Positions 38,008 to 45,921 of a stretch of DNA of 58,377 nt are shown in pieces. Under the pieces are notes generated by a model. It was not told the origin of the DNA, did no database searches, and saw only the letters and a list, made by a program, of their open reading frames with translations. Both the position numbers and the translations under genes were made by a program. Numbering within the stretch: position 1 is the stretch's first letter; each line of letters starts with the position of its first letter. The DNA lies in contig CAZAQK010000001.1 in assembly GCA_964487265.1 (NCBI GenBank), positions 1-58,377 on the forward strand, given 5' to 3'. Origin of the DNA: an uncultured Rickettsiales bacterium. GTDB taxonomy: Bacteria > Pseudomonadota > Alphaproteobacteria > Rickettsiales > SXRF01.

Positions 38008-38363
38008 TTTTGGGATTGTATAAGTTTTCCAAGCATTCTGTTGATACTTTCAATTATACTTGAAAGTTCTATATAATTATCCGTTGAAAGATATTTTCTG
38101 GATTGCGCGATAATCAGCTGCGTTTCCAATTCAGCGATTGAACCGCGTGCAATATATAAGAACTGTACAAATTCTTTTTTACTGTTTCGTGCACTGCCTT
38201 CTGCAATATTCGACGGTATAGATACCGCGCAACGCTGTATCTGCTGCGTCAGGCCGTATCGCTGATCGGCAGGAAATTTTTCAGTAGCAGTGTAAACTTT
38301 ATCCACCAGCGTCATAGACAAATTCCACACTTCCAAGTTCTTAAACCCATGACTCATGACCAT
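37992..38363 (-). CDS. four-helix-bundle protein (23S rRNA intervening-sequence protein / Avd family)
   Basis: 123 aa with family hallmarks FKNLEVWN, FPADQRYGLTQQIQRCAVSIPSNIAEGSAR and FLYIARGSIAELETQL. The real start may be Met3 at 38357. Confidence 0.85.
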   Translation of the reverse strand: MVMSHGFKNLEVWNLSMTLVDKVYTATEKFPADQRYGLTQQIQRCAVSIPSNIAEGSARNSKKEFVQFLYIARGSIAELETQLIIAQSRKYLSTDNYIELSSIIESINRMLGKLIQSQKTNDQ

Positions 38364-38367
38364 TGAC
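38351..38367. repeat. right arm of inverted repeat bracketing the four-helix-bundle ORF (CATGACN heptamer units)
   Basis: GACTCATGACCATTGAC pairs with 37991-38007. Weaker complementarity continues outward to about 37982/38376. It contains the start codons of the four-helix-bundle ORF. Confidence 0.8.
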
Positions 38368-38378
38368 GCATGACTAAA

Positions 38379-39116
38379 TTAAACGCTCCAATCCGATACC
38401 TGGTCGGACGACAGATGTATGCCACATTCAGTTTTCTTTTCATCTTCAATCCCGATCGTATGCGCCCAGCGGCCAGCACGCTCATCCTGCCCCGCCTGCA
38501 CTTTAGCCGTGCATGGCGCACAGCCGATGGAAAGATAACCTTCCTTGACCAGCGGATGTTCCGGCAGCTTGCGCTCTTTTGTTTCTTTTTTCTGGCGTTC
38601 CTTATCCCAGAAGGCAAGCGGGTTGATGCGGAAAATGCCTTTATCATCCAACTCTATCGTTTGCATTTCAGCGCGCTCAAGCGTCTGGTAACGCTTGCGG
38701 CCTGTGATGAGTGCAGTAAGTTTTAATTGCTCCACGGCACGGTTCAGAGGTTCTACCTTGCGCAACCAGCAACAGCGGTTGGGTTGAGTGCTCCAGAGTT
38801 TGCCATCCGGATCGATACGTTTTTCCATCTCTGCATCTGGTGTAAGCCAATGCACATTGGTAAGGCCAAGTTGCTTGGAAAGCGTACGCGCATACTCCAG
38901 CGTTTCGGGGAAATGCTTGTGCGTTTCAAGAAATAAAATTGGTGTTGATTTATCGACTTCGGCAACCAGCGCAAGCAGCAATGCAGCATCCGCCCCGAAG
39001 GAAGAAATAAGGCCGATCTTTCCTTTAAATTCTTCACGTATCATCACGCGCAGGAGTGCCGTGGCATCCAGCGAGCCATAGAACATCTGCAGGCGCGAAA
39101 GGGAGACATCACTCAT
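38379..39116 (-). CDS. cysH: phosphoadenosine/adenosine phosphosulfate reductase, Fe-S (APS-reductase) type
   Basis: 245 aa with the Cys pairs NRCCWLRKVEPL and SIGCAPCT plus the C-terminal KTECGIHL. Confidence 0.9.
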   Translation of the reverse strand: MSDVSLSRLQMFYGSLDATALLRVMIREEFKGKIGLISSFGADAALLLALVAEVDKSTPILFLETHKHFPETLEYARTLSKQLGLTNVHWLTPDAEMEKRIDPDGKLWSTQPNRCCWLRKVEPLNRAVEQLKLTALITGRKRYQTLERAEMQTIELDDKGIFRINPLAFWDKERQKKETKERKLPEHPLVKEGYLSIGCAPCTAKVQAGQDERAGRWAHTIGIEDEKKTECGIHLSSDQVSDWSV

Positions 39117-39619
39117 GACAGCCAGCCTTTTTCTTTGATGTAGGCTTCGCTAAGCTGCATCATTTCCTGCATAGGCTTGCCTTGCTTTTTCCACTCAAGG
39201 CGTTTACTGGCGGCTTCTGCTACCCGGCCTTCCCACGCGGCATCGAATATCCCTGCGATGTAATCCCGTATCTTGCGGGCAAGTGTGGGCGATGCACCGC
39301 TGGTGGAGACCGCGATGATCAGATCACCACGACGTACATTCGCGGTGAAATAAAAATCACAGAGATCGTTCACGTCTTCTACATTCACGAGCTTTCCAGC
39401 TGCGCGAGCAAGGCCAGCGATATGTGTGGATTCCTCCCGCGGCAGGCCTGCCACCATGATAATGCTGTGTTTTGCAATATCGTCACTACTCGCAGATTCC
39501 TGCACACTCACCTGTGCTGCCCCCGCATCACGCAGCATCTGCAGGCGTCGCGTAACCAGTTCGCCCTTGCCTACCAGCAGGACAGGAATTTTTGCTACAT
39601 TGAGTGCAACAGGATACAT
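39113..39619 (-). CDS. precorrin-2 dehydrogenase / sirohydrochlorin ferrochelatase (CysG N-terminal domain-like, SirC/Met8 type)
   Basis: 168 aa with Rossmann motif PVLLVGKGELVTRRLQML, NVEDVNDLCDFYF and IAVSTSGASPTLARKIR. No uroporphyrinogen methyltransferase domain. Confidence 0.8.
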   Translation of the reverse strand: MYPVALNVAKIPVLLVGKGELVTRRLQMLRDAGAAQVSVQESASSDDIAKHSIIMVAGLPREESTHIAGLARAAGKLVNVEDVNDLCDFYFTANVRRGDLIIAVSTSGASPTLARKIRDYIAGIFDAAWEGRVAEAASKRLEWKKQGKPMQEMMQLSEAYIKEKGWLS

Positions 39620-39620
39620 A

Positions 39621-41354
39621 TCACTTCACCCAATTTGCATCCGGGAATGTATTGGCGGTCGCCTGCTTCATGCCCTCAAGGCCCACACGGTGGCAGAAAT
39701 CACCGAAGCCTTCGCCCTCTTCGCGCTTGGCATGCCACTGCGCGAACATCGGCTCGAGCGATGCAGCAATCAATTCATATGGCACTTTATCGAACACTTT
39801 GGTGTTAAGGCGCGTGCCTTCAAAATCGCCGCCAATATAAAGCGCATAGGTATCCGGCGTGCGGCCAACAATGCCGATATCGCCTACATACGGGCGTGAG
39901 CAGCCATTCGGGCAGCCGGCAATGCGGATGGCGATATTTTCATCGATCACCCCTTGCCGTTTCATCACTTCTTCCAGCTTGAGAATGATCGGATGCGCCA
40001 CGCGTTCGGCCTCCGCCAACGCTTTGCCGCAAGTAGGCAGTGCCACACAGGCGAGGAAATTCTTTGCCATCAGCGATAAGTCTTCTTTGAGTTTAATGCC
40101 ATGCTTGCGAAGCATATTCTCAATCGCAGGTTTTTCCGCTTCTTCAATATCGCATAGCAGAATATTCTGGTCAGCCGTCAGGCGTATATCCATGCCGTAC
40201 TCTAAAATTACGGCGCGAATGCCAGTGCGGATCTGTTCCTGCTCCGTATCAATAATGCGCCCGCTGGGAATGGGCACGCCTAAGAACCATTTGCCATCGC
40301 CCTGCGCGTTCCAACCCATATGGTCAACCACTGCCCATTTCTTCATCGGGCGCGGGTCGTCCATGCTGCGGCCTAAATATTTTTCCAGTTCCGCCTTTAT
40401 CCACGCCACACCTTTTTCGGCGACAAGATATTTCAGGCGGGCATGCTGGCGATTACTGCGGTCGCCAAAATCACGCTGGAGTTTGATGACGGCTTCGGTT
40501 GCGGGAATGAATAAATCCTGCGGCACATACATGATGTTCTGCGCAAGATATGGGTAGGTTTTGGGCGAGTTATGCTTCATGCCCAGCCCACCGCCAAGCG
40601 CGAAATTGTAGCCTTTATGTTCCTGCTTTTCACCTTCAAACAACGATAAAATCGCAAGGTCGTTGCACAGCGCATCCATGCAATTATCATCCGGCGCACC
40701 GATTGCTATCTTGAATTTACGCGGCATATAAGTGTCGCCATAAAGCGGCTCGCCATCTGCTGCTTCCGGGGCAAACGCATAATCCGCCACGCGCTCACCA
40801 TCCAGCCATACTTCATAATAGGAGCTAGTTTTCGGCGCACAATGTTTGGCCAGCAGGAAGGTATCTTCCTCCAGTTTCGCATGTTCTCGGTCCTTGATGG
40901 GTGCTGGACAGGTGATAATATTACGCACCACATCTCCACAGCCGCCGAGTGTGGAAAGCAACAGATGGTTGATGTCGGCAATGAGCGGCTTCATCCCGGT
41001 TTTTCTGATGCAGTGGAACTGGAAGGTCTCACGCGTGGTAATGCGCATAGTGCCGTTTGCATATTTTTCTGAAAGCACATCGAGTGCCACATATTGCGCA
41101 GCCGTTAAACGCCCACCCGGGCATTTCATGCGCACCATGAACTCATATTCTTTGTCGAGGCCCTTTTGTTTGCGCTCGGTGGCCGAGTCGCGGTCATAGC
41201 CGAAATAACTGCCGTGGAATTTAAGCAGCTCATACGTGGCGTCCGACACTTCAGGCGTGGAATTATCGGCAAGTTCTTCTGCTATCGAGCCTTTAAGCCA
41301 GTTGCTCGTTTTTTTGATGGTTTCTTGCGAGGAGAGTTTTACTGGGTCAGTCAT
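39621..41354 (-). CDS. cysI: assimilatory sulfite reductase hemoprotein (siroheme/4Fe-4S) subunit
   Basis: 577 aa with LKFHGSYFGYDRD, TTRETFQFH and the Cys cluster region ACVALPTCGKA ... AGCPNGCSRP. Confidence 0.92.
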   Translation of the reverse strand: MTDPVKLSSQETIKKTSNWLKGSIAEELADNSTPEVSDATYELLKFHGSYFGYDRDSATERKQKGLDKEYEFMVRMKCPGGRLTAAQYVALDVLSEKYANGTMRITTRETFQFHCIRKTGMKPLIADINHLLLSTLGGCGDVVRNIITCPAPIKDREHAKLEEDTFLLAKHCAPKTSSYYEVWLDGERVADYAFAPEAADGEPLYGDTYMPRKFKIAIGAPDDNCMDALCNDLAILSLFEGEKQEHKGYNFALGGGLGMKHNSPKTYPYLAQNIMYVPQDLFIPATEAVIKLQRDFGDRSNRQHARLKYLVAEKGVAWIKAELEKYLGRSMDDPRPMKKWAVVDHMGWNAQGDGKWFLGVPIPSGRIIDTEQEQIRTGIRAVILEYGMDIRLTADQNILLCDIEEAEKPAIENMLRKHGIKLKEDLSLMAKNFLACVALPTCGKALAEAERVAHPIILKLEEVMKRQGVIDENIAIRIAGCPNGCSRPYVGDIGIVGRTPDTYALYIGGDFEGTRLNTKVFDKVPYELIAASLEPMFAQWHAKREEGEGFGDFCHRVGLEGMKQATANTFPDANWVK

Positions 41355-41413
41355 GGTGTTTATTCAGTGGGTTGGTGCATATAACACAGTAGCATATGGT
41401 GTAATTATGTATA

Positions 41414-42199
41414 TTACATATTTTTGATGTGTATATCGACTGATTGCTGCATCATTTTCAATAGGTTGAATGTCTCGGGATAGATAGCACAGGCAAATAG
41501 CGCGACTGCCAAAGCAGGCCCGAATGGGAATAATTTCCCCTTCCCCAATATGCGCCAGAGTATGCCGGTTATCACACCAAACACACCAGCAAAGAACAGG
41601 AACGGCACAAAATTAGCGATGGTGAGCCACACGCCCGCCACCGCGAAAAACTTCACATCGCCATAACCAAGCCCTTCGGTTTTGCGTAACCAGCGGTAAC
41701 CATGATGCAGCAAAAGCCCCATGCCCGCACCGGCTAAGAATCCATAGAGCACATCCAGCCAGTCGGTGCCTGCGAGGTAGTGATACGCAAGCCCCAGCGG
41801 CAGCAGCACCACATGAATTGAATCAGGAATAATATAATGCTCCAGATCAACCACGATCATGATAAGCAGTGCCACGGCAAACAGCGCAACCACCACACCC
41901 TGCAGGGTTAAGCCAAACTTGGCATAGACCAGCAGGAACGCGCCAAGCGTTACCAGTTCAATGAGTGGATAACGAATACCAATGGGATTTTTGCAATGCC
42001 GGCATTTGCCGCCGGACGTCATCCATGACAGCACTGGGAATAAGTCCTTGAACCCCAGCTTGGTTTTGCAGCTCGTGCACTGCGAGGGTTTCACCACAAT
42101 ATCTTCCTCGCGCGGCAGCCGCCACGCAGCGAGCGTTACAAAGCTGCCGAAGGTCAAGCCGGTGAGGATTACAAAGAGGAGTTCAATGGTCATCGGCAA
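41414..42199 (-). CDS. pilD: prepilin peptidase / N-methyltransferase (A24 family)
   Basis: 261 aa with the N-terminal zinc motif CTSCKTKL...CRHCKN, catalytic Asp-containing segments and about 7 TM helices. Confidence 0.9.
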   Translation of the reverse strand: MPMTIELLFVILTGLTFGSFVTLAAWRLPREEDIVVKPSQCTSCKTKLGFKDLFPVLSWMTSGGKCRHCKNPIGIRYPLIELVTLGAFLLVYAKFGLTLQGVVVALFAVALLIMIVVDLEHYIIPDSIHVVLLPLGLAYHYLAGTDWLDVLYGFLAGAGMGLLLHHGYRWLRKTEGLGYGDVKFFAVAGVWLTIANFVPFLFFAGVFGVITGILWRILGKGKLFPFGPALAVALFACAIYPETFNLLKMMQQSVDIHIKNM

Positions 42200-42324
42200 T
42201 TGATACGTGATTAGGCATAGTTTTGGAATTTATAGTATTTTTCTGCCAAAGACCAAGATTAATCATGCCATTAAATACTTTCATGAAATCTTCATATATC
42301 TGATATTGTTTACCGACCCTTGGC

Positions 42325-42344
42325 TTGTTAACATTTGTTAACAT
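42325..42344. promoter_or_regulatory. perfect tandem 10-bp repeat TTGTTAACAT x2 (each with palindrome GTTAAC) upstream of the P-loop kinase gene
   Basis: Read directly from the sequence. It lies 19 nt upstream of the ATG at 42363, in an AT-rich spacer. Confidence 0.5.
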
Positions 42345-42362
42345 AAGCTAGCAGAGGAATTG

Positions 42363-42959
42363 ATGACTAAACCAGAACGTCACGTCGTATTTTTGATAGG
42401 ACTACCTGGATCAGGCAAAAGTCTTTTTCTGAAAGAAGCCGGAAAAATATACCCTGGTTATGAAGTCATTGAACGCGATCAAATTGTGCGTGAATTAGGC
42501 GATGTTCCGCCAGATAGTTCGCGACTAGACCAAGCATTAATTCTTTATAGAGATGAAGCTGAACGTATTTATGATGAAAGAGTTGAATCTGCAATTAAGG
42601 CAGGGAAAAATATTATTCTAGAAAGACCACACGACAATCCTGCGCTACGCTCGAAAAGCCTTAAAACCGCTAAATCATGCAAAGATTATGCATACAAAAC
42701 TACCGCTTTAATTATTTCGCCACCTAACCAAGAATTGCATTTGGATATACTAGTTAGACGCTTTATGAATGAAGGCACCCGCTCCGTAAATTATGCGAAC
42801 CGAAATAAAATGCTCCTTCCTGTCGCCGGAGATGGCGAATTTGACGAAGTAAAGCTGTTTGGAGAACCTTCTAAAAATCCCCTATTTCATGAATATGACG
42901 AAACGCCTGATGCAATACAATCTCTATTGCGAGATCAAAATACCACTCGAACAAGATAA
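42363..42959 (+). CDS. P-loop NTPase/kinase (AAA_33 / zeta-toxin-like fold)
   Basis: AGAGGA RBS, then ATG at 42363. Walker A VVFLIGLPGSGKS at the extreme N-terminus. 198 aa, in a visibly AT-rich gene. Confidence 0.65.
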   Translation: MTKPERHVVFLIGLPGSGKSLFLKEAGKIYPGYEVIERDQIVRELGDVPPDSSRLDQALILYRDEAERIYDERVESAIKAGKNIILERPHDNPALRSKSLKTAKSCKDYAYKTTALIISPPNQELHLDILVRRFMNEGTRSVNYANRNKMLLPVAGDGEFDEVKLFGEPSKNPLFHEYDETPDAIQSLLRDQNTTRTR

Positions 42960-42989
42960 TTCAGATTATCTAAGCTGCCTGTATAATAA

Positions 42990-44768
42990 TTAAAGATTCG
43001 CCGCCATCATGCTTTTGCTGCCATTGGTGATGGAGGCAAGCAGGCCGATATTCTGTGGCAGTATCTTCTGCATATAAAAACGCGCTGTATCAATTTTACC
43101 TTGGTAAAATTCTTTGTCGCCACCTGCTGCCAGTTTTTCCTGCGCGATGAGTGCCTGTTTTGCCCAGATATAGGCCAGTGCCACCTGCGCGAACATACGC
43201 TGGTATTCCACCGCGCCGCCACCCACATCATCCAGATTACCCATGCTTTTCATGGCAAGCCAGAGTGTCGCTTGCTGCAAATAGCCGATATGTACATGCA
43301 GCGGTTTGGTGAATTCCGCCATCGCCGGATTATCGCGATGTTTGGCCACAAATTCCGTTGCCGGATGGAAGAATGAGCGCAGATAACGCCCCATGCTCAC
43401 GGGCAGCTTGCGGCCCACAAGGTCAAGTGCCTGAATGCCGTTGGTGCCTTCATAGATCATGGTGATGCGCGCATCACGCATATATTGCTCAACGCCATGT
43501 TCGGTGATGAAGCCAGCACCCCCGTAAACCTGCACGGTGAGCGATGCCACATCAAAACCACCATCGGTGAGGTATGATTTAGTGATAGGTGTCATCAGCT
43601 GCACGAAATCATCGCATTCCTTCTGCACGTTCTTATCAGGATGGCGATGCGCCAGGTCAATTTTAAGTGCCATTTCCATGGCGAGCGCACGAGAACCTTC
43701 ACAGAAGGCTTTTTGTGTGAGAATCATGCGACGCACATCCGGATGCACGATGATGGGATCGGCAGGTTTATCCGGCGCTTTCACGCCAGTAAGCGAGCGC
43801 ATCTGCAAACGGTCTTTCGCGTAGACAAGCGCGTTCTGATACGCCACCTCGCCAATACCAAGCCCCTGCACGCCCACATAGAGGCGCGCCGAATTCATCA
43901 TGGTGAACATGGCGCGCATACCCTTGTGTTTCTCGCCCACAAGATAGGCTTTGCAACCATCATAATTCATCACGCAGGTGGGAGAAGCATGAATACCCAT
44001 TTTATGTTCAATGCCGTCGCAGCGCACTTTGTTGCGCTCGCCGAGCGAACCATCTTCATTCACATGAAATTTGGACGAAATAAAAAGCGAAATACCTTTA
44101 ATGCCAGCAGGCGCATCCGGCAGGCGCGCTAAAATAAGATGCACAATATTTTCGCACATCTCATGCTCGCCGGAGGAAATAAAAATCTTACCGCCGGTGA
44201 TGTTATATGAACCATCGGCATTCGGCTCTGCCTTGGTGCGTAGAAGCCCCAGATCCGTGCCAGCGTGCGATTCGGTCAAACACATCACACCCGACCAATG
44301 ACCGGTCACCATCTTCGGTAGATAGCGTTTTTTGAGTTCATCGGATGCATGCAGCATGATGGCGTTATACGCACCGTGCGAAAGACCCGGCGTTAAACCA
44401 AATGACAGATTTGAGGAACACACCATTTCCATCAGCGGCATGTTGAGCACTTCAGGCAGCCCCTGCCCACCATACGCTGGGTCACAGGTGAAGCTCGGCC
44501 AGCCACCTTCCACATACGTATCGTATGCTTCCTTGAAACCATCCGGCATGGTGACCACGCCGTCTTTATATTTGAGTCCCTGCCTGTCGGCTTTCTGGTT
44601 GAGGGGAAACAGCACTTCCTCGCAATATTGGGCGGCTGCTTCCAGCACCGGATTCATCAGATCCGGTCCGGCATCGGCAAAACCCGGTACATCTTTATAC
44701 TGGCTGACGTTCAGATACTCGTTGAGTACGAACTGGAAATCACGGATGGGGGCTTTGTAAACCGGCAT
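42990..44768 (-). CDS. long-form acyl-CoA dehydrogenase
   Basis: 592 aa with ACAD N/M/C domains (MCLTESHAGTDLG, IFISSGEH, QVYGGAGFI) and an extra C-terminal domain. Confidence 0.9.
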   Translation of the reverse strand: MPVYKAPIRDFQFVLNEYLNVSQYKDVPGFADAGPDLMNPVLEAAAQYCEEVLFPLNQKADRQGLKYKDGVVTMPDGFKEAYDTYVEGGWPSFTCDPAYGGQGLPEVLNMPLMEMVCSSNLSFGLTPGLSHGAYNAIMLHASDELKKRYLPKMVTGHWSGVMCLTESHAGTDLGLLRTKAEPNADGSYNITGGKIFISSGEHEMCENIVHLILARLPDAPAGIKGISLFISSKFHVNEDGSLGERNKVRCDGIEHKMGIHASPTCVMNYDGCKAYLVGEKHKGMRAMFTMMNSARLYVGVQGLGIGEVAYQNALVYAKDRLQMRSLTGVKAPDKPADPIIVHPDVRRMILTQKAFCEGSRALAMEMALKIDLAHRHPDKNVQKECDDFVQLMTPITKSYLTDGGFDVASLTVQVYGGAGFITEHGVEQYMRDARITMIYEGTNGIQALDLVGRKLPVSMGRYLRSFFHPATEFVAKHRDNPAMAEFTKPLHVHIGYLQQATLWLAMKSMGNLDDVGGGAVEYQRMFAQVALAYIWAKQALIAQEKLAAGGDKEFYQGKIDTARFYMQKILPQNIGLLASITNGSKSMMAANL

Positions 44769-44793
44769 AAAAACCTCAAGAATATGAGGTTTT
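44769..44793 (-). promoter_or_regulatory. 9-bp hairpin that contains the Shine-Dalgarno GAGG of the acyl-CoA dehydrogenase gene
   Basis: The minus strand reads AAAACCTCA-tattct-TGAGGTTTT-tATG. It could equally be a terminator for the upstream DUF475 gene. Confidence 0.5.
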
Positions 44794-44827
44794 ATGGTAC
44801 CAAAACGCCGCTAACAAAGCGTTAAAT

Positions 44828-45847
44828 TCAGGCCTTCAAAACGCGGTTTTTGCGGTTATATTGCACGGAAGACCAAAGGGATAGCAGGATAAAGCCCAGC
44901 CCGATGAGGCCGGTGATGATCTCCGATACATGGATGGTCATGGACATGAGCATAATGGCCGCAAGCGCCCCGATGCCCCAATGCGCGCCGTGCTCAAGGT
45001 AAATATACGCATCAAGCGTGCCCTTGCGCACCATATAGATAGTCATCGAACGCACGAACATGGCACCAATGCCAAGGCCGACCATGATGATCACCACATC
45101 CTTGCTGATGGCAAACGCACCGATCACACCATCGAGCGAGAAGGACGCGTCAAGAAGTTGCAGATACATGAAACCCATGAAGCCAGCGTAACCGACTGAT
45201 TTAGTAGCCTGCTCTGCCGCATCTTCGCCACCGCCGCACAGTGCGGTGAGGCTTCCAATCGCCACATATAGCACCACGCCAATGATGCCTGAAAGCAGTG
45301 CGCTGTGCTGTTCATGCTCCGGCAGTAATGATTGCATCACCAGCAGTAGTGACATGGCAAGAATCACTTCCACCGATTCTAGTTTTCCGAGGATGGCAAG
45401 CTTATGCTCCACCCAGTTTATCCAGTGCACATCCTTGCTGGCATCCAGCACGAATTTGAGAAATACCATCAGCAGGAACATGCCGCCGAACGATGCAATA
45501 GCAATATGCGAATCCAGCACATGCTTGCTGTATTCATCGGGATTTTCGAGCGCCAGATGCCCCACATCCCACATGGAAAGCCCCGTGGCAAATGCCACAA
45601 TAACAAGCGGGAACAAGAACCGCATGCCGAACACGGCAATTAAAATACCCCAGGTCAGGAACCGCTGCTGCCACTTCTCACTCATATGCCGAAGCACAGT
45701 GGCGTTCACCACGGCGTTATCGAACGAAAGCGATACTTCCATGATGGTAAGAAGCGTGGCGATGATAAGCCCATCCACCCCTGCCCACATATAGGCAATG
45801 ACAAGACCGACGATGGTGACGATGAAAGAAACAGTGAAGTAGCGCAT
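44828..45847 (-). CDS. DUF475 / TerC-like integral membrane protein
   Basis: 339 aa, polytopic, with the SLSFDNAVVNA and LDASFSLDGVIGAFA motifs typical of DUF475. Confidence 0.75.
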   Translation of the reverse strand: MRYFTVSFIVTIVGLVIAYMWAGVDGLIIATLLTIMEVSLSFDNAVVNATVLRHMSEKWQQRFLTWGILIAVFGMRFLFPLVIVAFATGLSMWDVGHLALENPDEYSKHVLDSHIAIASFGGMFLLMVFLKFVLDASKDVHWINWVEHKLAILGKLESVEVILAMSLLLVMQSLLPEHEQHSALLSGIIGVVLYVAIGSLTALCGGGEDAAEQATKSVGYAGFMGFMYLQLLDASFSLDGVIGAFAISKDVVIIMVGLGIGAMFVRSMTIYMVRKGTLDAYIYLEHGAHWGIGALAAIMLMSMTIHVSEIITGLIGLGFILLSLWSSVQYNRKNRVLKA

Positions 45848-45852
45848 AAATG

Positions 45853-45921
45853 TGGTTGCTTGTTACTAGTTGTTGGTTGTTAGAAGCAATACACTAGCAA
45901 CTAACAACCAGCAACTAACAA
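45853..45921. repeat. hairpin with heptamer-periodic arms (TAGTTGT/TGGTTGT units)
   Basis: Core stem 45867-45883 / 45901-45917 gives 16 Watson-Crick pairs + 1 G-T of 17, with a 17-nt loop. It fills the fadB-like/DUF475 spacer. Confidence 0.85.

Noticed and set aside
37992-38363. Possibility that the Avd-family ORF marks a diversity-generating retroelement.
   Set aside because: No reverse transcriptase ORF and no template/variable repeat pair is visible anywhere in the window. The ORF is isolated inside the cys operon.
38354-38726. ORFs 38354-38647 (minus) and 38370-38726 (plus) overlapping the 3' part of cysH.
   Set aside because: Both are shadow frames of cysH with Arg/Lys- or Phe/Leu-rich low-complexity translations. 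cysH motifs (CC, CxxC, ECGIH) occupy this DNA.
42363-42959. Zeta-toxin-like kinase as part of a toxin-antitoxin pair.
   Set aside because: No epsilon-like or other antitoxin-sized ORF is adjacent. The only upstream reading frame is 12 codons. It is kept only as a solitary P-loop kinase of unknown role.
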